Shown: positions 11,084 through 20,796, counted from the stretch's first letter. The stretch is 64,000 nucleotides of DNA from Planctomycetota bacterium (GCA_965248575.1 CBDFJQ010000002.1:1280001-1344000); one strand, 5' to 3'. Numbers and translations are program-made. Notes: a model not told the origin generated them from the sequence alone.

Positions 11084-12951
11084 GTGTGTTCGCCAATCGT
11101 CGCTGGCCCGCTGACGCAGCATCGTGCCCGTCCCGTGCGCGCCACGGCTTGTGCCTGTCCCTGCCGCTCTTCCTGGCACTTCAGCTGACCAGTGCATGCG
11201 CCCCTTCCGAGGACGCGTCACCGGCCGCGTCGCCGTCGACGACACCGCCCACCGCCGTCGCAGCGCCTGAGGCTCCCACAGCCTTTCGCGACATGACCCA
11301 GGCAGCCGGCCTGGACTTCGTCCACGCCCACGGCGGACGGGGAAAGAAGTTCCTGTTCGAAACCATGGGCTCCGGCCTGGCCATCGCTGACTTCAATGGC
11401 GATGAATTGCCCGACATCCTCTTCCTCCAAAGCGGCACGATCCCGGCTGACGAGTTCGATGCCGAGCAGCGACGCCGGGCGAACCACAACACAGGAGGCA
11501 GCGCGGCTCTCTACCTCAACGCCTCGGGCAAGGGAACCCAGCCGGGTGCAGCAGCGAACTTGCAGTTCGAGAACGCGACGGCCGGCAGCGGCCTGGAGCA
11601 GCCCTACTACGCCATGGGCCTCGCCGTGGGAGATGTCGACAACGATGGTGACCGCGACATCTATGTCGCCGCCTTCGGGCGTGACCGCCTCTATCTCAAC
11701 GATGGCAGGGCGCACTTCACGGAGGCGCCACCGGAGGCCGGCCTGGCTGACAGTCGCTGGACCATCGGCGGTGCCTTCGTCGATGTGGATGCAGACGGGG
11801 ATCTCGATCTGTACAGCGTCGCCTACCTCGACATGCCAATTGGCAGCCACCGGTTCTGCGGCCCCTCGCCGGAGCAGCGCACTTACTGCCATGTCGACCA
11901 ATGGGATGGCTTGCAGGACCGCCTCTGGCTCAACGACGGCAGGGGGAACTTCAGCGACGGCTCGGCGGCGGCGGGCATCGGCGACGTCGGTGCGAAGGGC
12001 AAGGGTCTCGCGGTCGTCGGTGGGGACTACGACGACGACGGCGACATCGACCTCTTCGTCGCCAACGACAGCACCGCGAATTTCCTCTGGCGCAACGACG
12101 GGTCGGGGCACTTCGAGAACGCCGGGCGGCACAGCGGCACCGACCTGAATGGTGAAGGTCGTTCGGAAGCCTGCATGGGCAGCGACCTGGGCGACCTCGA
12201 CGGAGACGGCGACCTGGATCTCTTCGTCGTCAACTTCGAGAATGAGACCAACACCCTGTATCGCAATGATGGCGGCGGCTTCTTCACCGACGTGTCCATG
12301 TTGTCGGGCACCGGCGCGCCGAGCATGCCCATGCTCGGCTTCGGCACCTGCTTCGTGGACCTCGACAACGACAGCGACCTCGACATCTATGTGGCGAATG
12401 GCCACATCATGGACAACGTCGAGCAGGTCCAAGGCAGCTCCAGCTACGCGCAACCCGACCAGTTCTTGCTCAACGATGGGCGGGGCCGCTTCAAGCCACC
12501 AAGCCGGGCCCTCTCCGCGAGCGAGACCGACCCGCGCGTCGGCCGCGGGGTTGCCACCGGTGACCTGGACCAGGACGGGGACCTCGACATCGTCGTGAGC
12601 AACAGCAACGGAGCACCGTTCCTCTTGCGCAATGATTACGCGGACGGCCACTCCTTGGTGGTCCGGCTCGAAGGCCTTCAGGGCCGGGCTGACGCCGAGG
12701 GCGCGCGCATCACGGCCAGTTTGGGTGAACGCCAAGTGGTGCGAGAACTGCGCGCCGGAGGTTCCTATCTCAGCCATTCCCACACGGACTTCGTGCTGGG
12801 CCTAGGCGGCGCCACGCGGATCGACGGCCTGAGCATCCGCTGGCCCGATGGGCGCGTGACGACCCACGGTGCGCTCGAGGCGGGCGCGCTCTATCGGTTT
12901 ACTGGCGATGGCAGTTTGGCATCGACGACCACACTGCGCCCTGCGAACTGA
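11080..12951 (+). CDS. CRTAC1-family protein (FG-GAP/VCBS repeats + ASPIC/UnbV domain)
   Basis: ETMGSG, repeated D.D.DGD.D Ca-binding FG-GAP motifs, C-terminal GGSYLS...GLG...WP.G. ATGA coupling. Confidence 0.92.
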   Translation: MSVFANRRWPADAASCPSRARHGLCLSLPLFLALQLTSACAPSEDASPAASPSTTPPTAVAAPEAPTAFRDMTQAAGLDFVHAHGGRGKKFLFETMGSGLAIADFNGDELPDILFLQSGTIPADEFDAEQRRRANHNTGGSAALYLNASGKGTQPGAAANLQFENATAGSGLEQPYYAMGLAVGDVDNDGDRDIYVAAFGRDRLYLNDGRAHFTEAPPEAGLADSRWTIGGAFVDVDADGDLDLYSVAYLDMPIGSHRFCGPSPEQRTYCHVDQWDGLQDRLWLNDGRGNFSDGSAAAGIGDVGAKGKGLAVVGGDYDDDGDIDLFVANDSTANFLWRNDGSGHFENAGRHSGTDLNGEGRSEACMGSDLGDLDGDGDLDLFVVNFENETNTLYRNDGGGFFTDVSMLSGTGAPSMPMLGFGTCFVDLDNDSDLDIYVANGHIMDNVEQVQGSSSYAQPDQFLLNDGRGRFKPPSRALSASETDPRVGRGVATGDLDQDGDLDIVVSNSNGAPFLLRNDYADGHSLVVRLEGLQGRADAEGARITASLGERQVVRELRAGGSYLSHSHTDFVLGLGGATRIDGLSIRWPDGRVTTHGALEAGALYRFTGDGSLASTTTLRPAN

Positions 12952-12958
12952 CCGACGC

Positions 12959-14146
12959 ATGACCGCAACCCGCGTACCCAGCGTCCTCCTGTCTGCCCTG
13001 TCGAGCCTGACGGCGTGGGCGATGGCATGGGTGATGGCACTCGGCACGACAGCTGCCCTGCCGCAGAGCGTTGCCACGCTCATGATCGGGATCGGCCTCG
13101 GGACCTCCCAGGACGAAGGCGACACGCTGCGGGCAGAGGTCGAATCGTTGTGGCGCACCGGCCAACGAGCCGAAGCCCTGGAGCGTCTGTCCCTCGCGCT
13201 AGATGAATCCCCTGGCGACCTCTGGCTGCGACGCCTGCTGGTGGAACATCAGTTGGCTGTGCATCGTTATGCAGCGGCCTTCGAGACCGCCCGCCCGGCT
13301 GGCGCGGCGCTGCAATCCCTGCAGGCAGAAGCCTTGTTCCTGTTGGACCGCTTCGAGGAGGCCTTGCCGCTCCTGGATTCCAGCAACCCGACCCAGGCCC
13401 TGGCCCGCGTCGAAGGTCTGGAGATCCTCGGGCGCTCCGAGCAGGCCCGGCTGGCCTTGGAGGGCTTGGGAGAGCTGCCCGAATCCCACCGCATCCGCCG
13501 GGCCCTGGTCACGGGTCGCCTGGAGGCAAGCGCCGGCCGGCATGAACTCGCGGCCCAAGCCTTCGAAACCGTGCTCGCCGAGGATCCCGTGAACCCCGGG
13601 GCACTGTTCGGTTTGGGGCAGGCTCTCGTGCGCACAGGCCGGCGGGATGAAGGCCTCGTGCTGCTGACGAGGCATCGGGAGATCGTGCCCTTGATGGATG
13701 AGCTGGACTTCGCAGTGAGGGCCGTGGACCTGTCGCCCCTGCACGCACCGAACCACGCGTCCGTGGGTGATGCGCAACGCAAGCTGGGGCGCTTCGAGCC
13801 CGCCCGGGCGTCCTATCAAGCGGCGCTGCTGTACGCATCCCCGGAGCAGCTCCCGCCTGTTGCGTTGCGTTTCGCCCGCCTGCTCGAGGAGGATCTGGGG
13901 GATGTCGGCGCCGCCGTGGAACTGCTCGACGAGGCCTCGAGTACGGTTGACGACCTTCGACTGCTCGTGCGAGCAGGAGACATCCTGCTGCGCTCGCAGG
14001 CTTACGGCGAGGCGCGGCTGCGATTTGAGCAAGCCCTCACCCTCCGCCCACAGGATGGCGCCATCATTCAGCGTATCGAGGCAGCCAAGTCACTGCTGGA
14101 GTCTGCAGGCGCAGACTCTGCGAACGCTCCGAGCCCAGATCAGTGA
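12959..14146 (+). CDS. exported TPR-repeat protein
   Basis: Hydrophobic N-terminus and TPR-like repeats (ALFGLGQAL, ASYQAAL, RFEQALTLRP). Confidence 0.78.
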   Translation: MTATRVPSVLLSALSSLTAWAMAWVMALGTTAALPQSVATLMIGIGLGTSQDEGDTLRAEVESLWRTGQRAEALERLSLALDESPGDLWLRRLLVEHQLAVHRYAAAFETARPAGAALQSLQAEALFLLDRFEEALPLLDSSNPTQALARVEGLEILGRSEQARLALEGLGELPESHRIRRALVTGRLEASAGRHELAAQAFETVLAEDPVNPGALFGLGQALVRTGRRDEGLVLLTRHREIVPLMDELDFAVRAVDLSPLHAPNHASVGDAQRKLGRFEPARASYQAALLYASPEQLPPVALRFARLLEEDLGDVGAAVELLDEASSTVDDLRLLVRAGDILLRSQAYGEARLRFEQALTLRPQDGAIIQRIEAAKSLLESAGADSANAPSPDQ

Positions 14147-16098
14147 CGGCTCCGCGAGCCATTTCACTACCGAGCCTGCTTCTCTGCTGCAGCTTGCTTG
14201 CCGCTTGTGACCAAGGGCCCGTCACCGAGTCCGCGCCACCCTCCGCGGCCCCCTTGGACACCTCCAGCGCGAGCCGGTCGTCGGACGCCCGCCGCTCGCC
14301 CGAAGCGTCCGGCTGGTTCCGAGCGGTCGGCCCGGAAAGCGGGCTGTCCTTTCGGCACGAGGCAGGCGTGACTGCCGAGCGCCAGCTGCCCGAAACCATG
14401 GGCGCGGGAGCTGCCCTGGCCGATCTCAATGGCGATGGCCAGTTGGACATCTACTTTGTCCAGAGCGGGCGCCTGCCGGACCCTCGTCCCTCGGCCGGCA
14501 CCCCGCTGAACGCACCAGAGTGGGTGAATCAGCTCTTCCTCAACGCCGGCTCCCGGCCAGGGGCCTTTGCCTTCCGCGATGCGACAGCTGAGTCAGGCGC
14601 CGCTGCCCACCCGGGATACGGAATGGGCGTCGCCGTGGGAGACGTCGACGGAGACGGACAGCTCGACCTCTTCCTGAGCCAGCTCGGCCCCGACGCCTTG
14701 CTCCGCAATGACGGCGACGCACGCTTCCAGGACATCACGGGGTCCAGCCCACTCGCGGACCCGCGTTGGACGGGCAGCGCAGCCTTCTTCGATGCGGACC
14801 TGGATGGGGACCTGGACCTCTACGTTGCAGGGTACGTGGACTACGACCTGTCGGAACCGAAGTGGTGCGGCCGACAGGAAGAGGGCTGGCGCAGCTATTG
14901 CCACCCAGACGCCTACGCCGGGATCCAGGATCGCTTCTATCGCAACGACGGACGCGGCGGCTTCGAGGAGGCCACCGACGCCGCCGGCCTGACCACGCGA
15001 CCTGGTCACCACGGCAAGGGCCTGGGTGTGCTCGCCACGGATTTCGACGGTGACGGAAGAACGGATCTGTACGTGGCCAACGACAGCGTCGAGAACAGGC
15101 TTTGGATCAACCGGGGTGACGGCAGCTTCTCGGACGGCACGCTGCTCTCGGCCACCGGCGTGAACGGCCGCGGGCTCACGGAGGCCGGCATGGGCCTGGC
15201 CGCTGGGGACGTCGATGGCGACGGGGACAGCGAGCTGTTCGTGACGAACTTCGACGACGAGTCCAACACCCTCTACCGCAACGACGGCGGGGGATTGTTC
15301 ACGGACATCACGGCCCGGTCCGGGCTCGACGCATCGAGCCGCCTGCCCGTAGGGTTCGGAACGGTCTTGGCTGACTTCGACAACGACGGGCTGCTCGACC
15401 TCGCCGTCGCCAATGGGCACATCATCGACAACATCGCGCTGTACCACGACGGCAAGACCCATGCTCAACGCGCATTGCTCTACCGGAACACCGGGGCATC
15501 ACACTTCGACAACATCTCCCCGCAGGCAGGCGACCTCTGCGCGACGGACTTCGTCGGACGCGGCCTCTACAGCGGCGACCTGGACGGAGATGGGGCCCTG
15601 GACCTCGTCCTGACCCAATGCGACGGTCCTGCGGTCATCCTACGCAACGAAGCGGCAGCTCAGCTGATGGAGCCGGGAGCGCCCTCGTCGAGCGCCCTGA
15701 TTCTCCGCAAGCTCCCGCGAGGCACTCGCGTGAAGGCGGTCACGGGCTCAGGCTCGATTCTCATCAGGGAGGCCGGCCCGCAGCCGTCCTACTTCGGCCA
15801 ATCGTCCAGCAGCGTCCACCTGGGCCTGGGTCCGGGCCTGAGTGACCCTCCGCAGGGCAGCGCAGGCGCAGGCAGCCTGGCAGCCCTGGAGTGCCGTCTG
15901 CCCAACGGTGACACCTGGTCGCTCGTCTTGAGTCCTCAGCTGGACCTCCCTCTCCCTCCTGCCCTGACCGCTGGCGCCGCCTCCGGACTGCAGTGGCTTG
16001 GGGATGGCCGATTGCAAATCCAGGGCCGGGGCGAAACCATGATGAATGGCGGCCCCCTGCCAACTGTTCAGACCTCCAACCACGGAACCGACCGATGA
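14143..16098 (+). CDS. second CRTAC1-family protein (FG-GAP repeats, degenerate ASPIC/UnbV), lipoprotein
   Basis: LLAAC lipobox, ETMGAG, multiple DxDxDG repeats, SYFGQ...HLGLG. GTGA coupling. Confidence 0.9.
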   Translation: MTAPRAISLPSLLLCCSLLAACDQGPVTESAPPSAAPLDTSSASRSSDARRSPEASGWFRAVGPESGLSFRHEAGVTAERQLPETMGAGAALADLNGDGQLDIYFVQSGRLPDPRPSAGTPLNAPEWVNQLFLNAGSRPGAFAFRDATAESGAAAHPGYGMGVAVGDVDGDGQLDLFLSQLGPDALLRNDGDARFQDITGSSPLADPRWTGSAAFFDADLDGDLDLYVAGYVDYDLSEPKWCGRQEEGWRSYCHPDAYAGIQDRFYRNDGRGGFEEATDAAGLTTRPGHHGKGLGVLATDFDGDGRTDLYVANDSVENRLWINRGDGSFSDGTLLSATGVNGRGLTEAGMGLAAGDVDGDGDSELFVTNFDDESNTLYRNDGGGLFTDITARSGLDASSRLPVGFGTVLADFDNDGLLDLAVANGHIIDNIALYHDGKTHAQRALLYRNTGASHFDNISPQAGDLCATDFVGRGLYSGDLDGDGALDLVLTQCDGPAVILRNEAAAQLMEPGAPSSSALILRKLPRGTRVKAVTGSGSILIREAGPQPSYFGQSSSSVHLGLGPGLSDPPQGSAGAGSLAALECRLPNGDTWSLVLSPQLDLPLPPALTAGAASGLQWLGDGRLQIQGRGETMMNGGPLPTVQTSNHGTDR

Positions 16099-17093
16099 CC
16101 CGCCCTGCCCTGCTCGCGACTTGCCTAGCTGTATCGAGCACCCTCTGCCCTGCAGCCATCCCTGCAACCTCTGCTGTCATCACGGTCGCCCCGGTCCTTC
16201 AGGAGGCCCCCGAGTCGGTGCCCGACAAGCCGGTGGCAGTCGTGGGTGATTGGGCCTTCGACCGGGCTGAGTTCGGCCTCTGGTTGGTGGATCAGTCGGG
16301 GTTCGACTATGTCTTCACCTACGTGGCTGAACGCATGGCCCACAAGGAGGCCGAAGAGCGGGGCCTGCTGCCAACGGATGAGGAGGTGCGCATCGCCTTC
16401 GAGAAGGAGCTCGACCTGATCCTACGGCAGCACTATCACGGTGACATGTCGAAGTACGAACGCGACATCGTCATGCGTGAACAGGACCCTGCAGCCCATG
16501 CGGATCGGCGGCGGCAGCAACTCAAGGCAGACCTCACCATGGCGGCGCTGGCCCGCGCCGACCGAGTCGTGACGGAAGATCAGGTCGACCGTCGATTCCG
16601 CGACATGTTCGGCCCCCTTGCCGAGCGCACCTCTCTCGACGTGGCCTTCTTCAACATGTACCGCGAGATGAAGCCCGGTGTCCGCCCGGTGCTGCAAGCC
16701 CTGAAGGACGAGGCTCTCGGACGCGCGGAGGCGGCGTCGGCGACCCTGCGGAACGGCAAGCCCTTCGCCGAACTGGGTGAGCTGTCGGACAAAGTGAATT
16801 CCGACTTCGTTGACGGAAACGGCCGCGTCTCCATGTACACCCGACGGCTCCTGGGCAAGGAAGTGGAGTTGGCCCTCGCCAACCTGGATGAGCCGGGCGA
16901 TGTGACCGCACCCATCGCAGTCTTCGATGGCTACTTTGTGGTCCAGCTCGTGTCCAGCGTGCCCGTCAAGAAGGAGGCGATGCGGGAGGAGATCCTCATC
17001 AACATCCGCACCTCCGAGCCCAACAGCTCCGAGCTGGCCGTGGTGCGGCAGCGCCTGCTCGATCACCCGGACGTGCGCATCCTGCTCAGGTAG
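16095..17093 (+). CDS. exported SurA/PrsA-like chaperone / PpiC-type peptidyl-prolyl isomerase-like protein
   Basis: Signal-like N-terminus, helical chaperone-like region, degenerate rotamase segment (GKPFAELGELSD...G.V.API.VFDGYFVV). ATGA coupling. Confidence 0.6.
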   Translation: MTRPALLATCLAVSSTLCPAAIPATSAVITVAPVLQEAPESVPDKPVAVVGDWAFDRAEFGLWLVDQSGFDYVFTYVAERMAHKEAEERGLLPTDEEVRIAFEKELDLILRQHYHGDMSKYERDIVMREQDPAAHADRRRQQLKADLTMAALARADRVVTEDQVDRRFRDMFGPLAERTSLDVAFFNMYREMKPGVRPVLQALKDEALGRAEAASATLRNGKPFAELGELSDKVNSDFVDGNGRVSMYTRRLLGKEVELALANLDEPGDVTAPIAVFDGYFVVQLVSSVPVKKEAMREEILINIRTSEPNSSELAVVRQRLLDHPDVRILLR

Positions 17094-17146
17094 TGCAAGG
17101 CGTGGTGCCCCACGTCGTACCCGGGAGCTGATTCAGGGGGCGCTGC

Positions 17147-18208
17147 TCAGCGCTCGTCGTACCACTCTCTCCACTCCCGAACGGCCTTGGCACGTTCACC
17201 GCTTGAGCCCTTGTGCTCATACCCGGGGTCGAAGCCCGTCAGGCGCACGAGAGTCTCTGCAGCAGCCTTGCGGATCGCGGCGTGCTCGTCTTCGAGCACA
17301 TCGAAGAGCGCGGGCACCGCCTCTTCGTAGACGAGGGTCTCGAGGGCGTGCATCGCGTGCAAGCGCACGAACATGTCTTCGTCATCGAGCATGGCGACCA
17401 GGTCCGGAGCCAGCTCCTCGTAGCGCCCGTTCTCGACCCGGTCGACAGCTTCAAAGCGTAAGTCCGCCTGGGCATCGAGCAACTGGCGGCGGATGTCTTC
17501 GATCTCTGCGAGACGCACAGGATCGACCACCTGGGTGACCGCCCCGCTCTCCGGCAGCATGGATCCCATGGAGTCATCCAGACTCAGCGAGGCGTCGCCC
17601 GATCGGACGGTGCCCATCGAGAGCAAGGCCTGGTGGGCTGCCACGGAATCCGACAAGGCATCCAAACGCGTGGTCAACACGTCCGTCCGGTTGGACGTGA
17701 GCTGGACCTTTTCGATCAGGCGACCCATCTCGGCTTGTGTGCGCGCGAGCCGGTCCATCTCGTTGGCCAGCTGCTCCGCTCCGCGCGCCTGATCTGCATC
17801 GGCCGCCCGCAACGCCTCCAGGTCGGCCCTCAGGGACGTCAGCGCCCGGTCGATCTGCTCAGCGTCTGCCGACAGCTGCATGACCTGCACGTCCGTGCGC
17901 TCCGCCTGGCGTTGCAGGTCGCTGACGGGATCACCCTGAGCCTCCGTGGTGTCCAGGTCGATGGGGTTGGCCCCCACGATCAAGTCCCAGTCGTTCCAGA
18001 CCGTCCACGTCAGGAGCCCCAGGACGAGAACGGCGAGCAGGGGGCTGCGCGAGGCGGCCGGAGCGGACTGGAGCGGTGCCGGCGCCACAGCGCCAGGCGG
18101 GATGCAATTGGTGCAGAACAACTTGCCCTTGATGGTGGTGACTCGTCCCGATTGGACGTCGACCAGGGGCACACTCTCGTTGCAACCGTCGCAGAAGTAG
18201 ATCTTCAT
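17147..18208 (-). CDS. membrane protein: N-terminal CxxC..CxxC Zn finger, TM helix, coiled coil, C-terminal HEAT repeats
   Basis: MKIYFCDGC...LFCTNC, LLAVLVLGLLTW, heptad-rich middle region, LDDEDMFVRLHA and LEDEHAAIRKAAAETL HEAT/PBS motifs. AAGGAG RBS before ATG 18208. Confidence 0.8.
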   Translation of the reverse strand: MKIYFCDGCNESVPLVDVQSGRVTTIKGKLFCTNCIPPGAVAPAPLQSAPAASRSPLLAVLVLGLLTWTVWNDWDLIVGANPIDLDTTEAQGDPVSDLQRQAERTDVQVMQLSADAEQIDRALTSLRADLEALRAADADQARGAEQLANEMDRLARTQAEMGRLIEKVQLTSNRTDVLTTRLDALSDSVAAHQALLSMGTVRSGDASLSLDDSMGSMLPESGAVTQVVDPVRLAEIEDIRRQLLDAQADLRFEAVDRVENGRYEELAPDLVAMLDDEDMFVRLHAMHALETLVYEEAVPALFDVLEDEHAAIRKAAAETLVRLTGFDPGYEHKGSSGERAKAVREWREWYDER

Positions 18209-18288
18209 GATCCGTGTGTCTCCTTGCTGGAGAATCGGAGAACCCCCAGCGTGGCGGGATCGGGGATCCCGGGGGAGGTTCGATGAAA

Positions 18289-18318
18289 TTGGCGATGACC
18301 GGCATTCGGATCTAGAAT
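18289..18318 (+). promoter_or_regulatory. putative sigma-70 promoter
   Basis: TTGGCG (18289-18294), 18-bp spacer, TAGAAT (18313-18318). Confidence 0.45.
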
Positions 18319-18320
18319 AG

Positions 18321-18540
18321 GCGCCCGTCGGACCGCACGTGACGGAGCATCCCACGGAGCCCCATGCCCGGGCCCCCTTGGTATGGCTCCCTCAGACGGG
18401 GCGTTCTGACAGTGACTCAATCCGAAACCCTCCTTGCCGCCGTGGCCCTTGGATTCCGTTCAATCGGACGCCATGCGAACCAGGGCTAGCCGGGAAAAGA
18501 CTGTAGCGCGTCCCTCAGTGCCGTTCACTGACGGGCGTGA
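18321..18540 (+). ncRNA. candidate structured RNA (6S-like or long structured leader), family not recognised
   Basis: GCGCCCGTC (18321-18329) is complementary to GACGGGCGT (18530-18538). Internal hairpins have G.U pairs that only work on the + strand. Lies directly after the TAGAAT element. Confidence 0.35.
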
Positions 18541-18625
18541 CTCACTGACCTGCTAGGCGGACCAGGATGGTTCACCGAGCAGGGAATGAGCCCCAAGGAA
18601 TGATGACGAAGGCCCTTCATCGCCC

Positions 18626-19036
18626 ATGACTCACCGGTTGGAAGAATCAGACGTGTCGAACAGCTTGGAGACCACGCTGGCCCGCTCAGCGCTGCTCTTC
18701 GAGGCCGATGTGTTGGACCAGCTCGTCTCCAAGGACCCCGGGAATCTGGCCTACCTCGCCGCCCTGGGTCAGGCCTGCAGCAAGCTCAAGAACCACGTAC
18801 GGGGGCTGGACGTCGACCGCCGGTTGGTGAAGGCCCGTCCCGAGGACCCGACCTTCCGTTACAACCTGGCCTGCTCCCTCGCGCTCACCGGTGACCTGGA
18901 CGGCGCCTGCAAGGAACTGTTGGCGAGCATCGACTTGGGCTTCCAGGACTTCGAGCACCTGAGTCGCGACGAGGACCTCGCCAGTCTTCGAGCGGACAAG
19001 CGCTTTGCTCTGATCGAGGACCGCATCGCCGAGTAG
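18626..19036 (+). CDS. small TPR protein (YNLAC-type C-terminal TPR)
   Basis: PEDPTFRYNLACSLAL...AsIDLGF.D..HL.RD.DL.SLR.D.RF pattern. Start may be GTG 18653. Confidence 0.8.
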   Translation: MTHRLEESDVSNSLETTLARSALLFEADVLDQLVSKDPGNLAYLAALGQACSKLKNHVRGLDVDRRLVKARPEDPTFRYNLACSLALTGDLDGACKELLASIDLGFQDFEHLSRDEDLASLRADKRFALIEDRIAE

Positions 19037-19070
19037 CTGCTCCCCGGGGCTGCGATCTAGCGGCAGCGCT

Positions 19071-19445
19071 CTAGATGAAGACGCTCAACACCGCCGTGAG
19101 CAGGACGAGCGGGCCGAGCCACGTCAGCACGAGGGCCAGGATCGCATAGGGGCGCGCATCCCGGTCATCGGCCTTGAGCGAGCGAGGCGCAACACTGCGT
19201 GCCGGCGCATCCCGTTCGTGCCCGCAACTTGGGCAGAACAGCAAGCTGTGCAACATCTGCGCTTCACAGGCGACACAGCGGCGTGTCTCCGCGCCCAGCG
19301 CCGGGTAATCCAGCAGCGGGTCGTGATGCTGGCAGGCGGGGCACGTACGGACGTCGAAGGCGACGATCTCGCTGCACTCAGGGCAAACGCGGACCCGCTC
19401 GTCGTCGCTCTCGTTCAAGGGCTGGTTCGAGGTTCCTGATGTCAT
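19071..19445 (-). CDS. double zinc-ribbon protein with C-terminal TM helix
   Basis: CPEC..CPAC and CVAC..CPSC pairs, hydrophobic C-terminus. ATGA coupling to the mnmA stop. Confidence 0.7.
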   Translation of the reverse strand: MTSGTSNQPLNESDDERVRVCPECSEIVAFDVRTCPACQHHDPLLDYPALGAETRRCVACEAQMLHSLLFCPSCGHERDAPARSVAPRSLKADDRDARPYAILALVLTWLGPLVLLTAVLSVFI

Positions 19446-20524
19446 GAGACCGAGACCTCCTGGGCCACGCGACCTCCACCGAGCACCATGTCCTCCCCAT
19501 AGAAGACAGCATACTGGCCAGGCGTGATGTCGTAGCTGGGCTGCTCGAAGTGCAGCTCCACCCGGCCGCCCGACACCACGACGCGAGCGGCTTCGGGCTC
19601 GTGATGGTGGCGAAGCTGGACGAGCAGCGGTTGATCCCATTGCGGCTCGGAATGCCAGCGGACGCCGTCCAAATTGCAACGGGAGCGGAGCAGGTCGTCC
19701 CGGCTCCCAACGGTCACCCGCCCGCTGGCCGGATCGATCTCCGTGACGAAGGCCGGCTCACCGAGGGCCACACCCAAGCCCCGACGCTGGCCCACCGTGA
19801 AGCTACCCACACCCTCGTGGGTCGTCAGCACCTGACCCGCGGGGTTCGTCATCTCGCCAGCCACTCCGAGATCGCCCAGGCGTTCCTTCACCACAGCTCG
19901 GTAGTCGCCGCCAGGAACGAAACAGATGTCCGCCGAGTCCTGCTTGTCGGCAACGGGCAACCCCAACCGCCGGGCTTCGTCGCGAACCTGGCCCTTTTCC
20001 ATGTGCCCCACCGGAAAGCGGGCACGCTTGAGCTGGTCGGGGCTGAGGCCGTGCAGCAGATAGCTCTGGTCCTTGTTCCGATCGACGGCGCGCCGCAGCC
20101 GGCCCTCGGCGAGCTGGGCGTAATGTCCCGTGGCCACCCCGTCACAAGAGAGGTCGTCAGCCAGGTTCAGCAGCTCACCGAACTTCAAGTCGTTGTTGCA
20201 GAGGACGCAGGGATTGGGGGTGAGACCCACCACGTAGTCCTTGCAAAACGACTTGATGAGCTCCGCGAAGGGCTTCGAGAGGTCCTGGACGTAGAAGGGG
20301 ATATCGAGATGGTCCGCCACACGCCTCGCGTCCCGGGCATCCGAGACGGAACAGCAGGACCGCGCCTTGGCGGGGGCTTGGGCGGAATCGTCTTCGCTGC
20401 CCGTGATCCCGTTGCGCATGAAGACCCCCACCAACTCGTGGCCTTGTTCGGCCAACAGGCCGGCACAGACCGCCGAATCCACACCACCGCTCAATGCGAC
20501 CAGGGTGCGTGGCGGGGAACTCAT
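19442..20524 (-). CDS. mnmA: tRNA-specific 2-thiouridylase MnmA
   Basis: ALSGGVDS PP-loop, TPNPCVLCN, ATGHYA, KDQSY, DSADICF, TVGQRRGLG, TPGQYAVFY. GGAGA RBS. Confidence 0.97.
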   Translation of the reverse strand: MSSPPRTLVALSGGVDSAVCAGLLAEQGHELVGVFMRNGITGSEDDSAQAPAKARSCCSVSDARDARRVADHLDIPFYVQDLSKPFAELIKSFCKDYVVGLTPNPCVLCNNDLKFGELLNLADDLSCDGVATGHYAQLAEGRLRRAVDRNKDQSYLLHGLSPDQLKRARFPVGHMEKGQVRDEARRLGLPVADKQDSADICFVPGGDYRAVVKERLGDLGVAGEMTNPAGQVLTTHEGVGSFTVGQRRGLGVALGEPAFVTEIDPASGRVTVGSRDDLLRSRCNLDGVRWHSEPQWDQPLLVQLRHHHEPEAARVVVSGGRVELHFEQPSYDITPGQYAVFYGEDMVLGGGRVAQEVSVS

Positions 20525-20578
20525 GTCGGGATCTCCATAGGGGCTCGGGGGACATCCGTCGGGTCCCGGCGGCTCGAT

Positions 20579-20640
20579 GATGCCTCGGGGATGCCTCGGG
20601 GGTGCCAAGGATCCCGCCGATGTTCCCGCCGATGGTCCCG
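20579..20640. repeat. short tandem duplications in the mnmA/yajC intergenic region
   Basis: GATGCCTCGGG x2 and TCCCGCCGATG(N) x2.5. Confidence 0.7.
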
Positions 20641-20796
20641 GGGCGGTCTGATACCTATCATGCCGGATCGATCGGGACGCGTCGCGTCTCATGCTGATCA
20701 CCAGCACCCCGCCCGCAGCCAGCTCGCTCGCCCGTTCGGGACCCAGCCCCTTCCGGCATCCCGTCCCGCCACCCTTCCCGCCCCCCCGGCCCCGCC

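Noticed and set aside
20579..20640. Possible CRISPR or iteron array
   Set aside because: Units are 11-12 bp, adjacent and without spacers, and there are no cas or rep genes.
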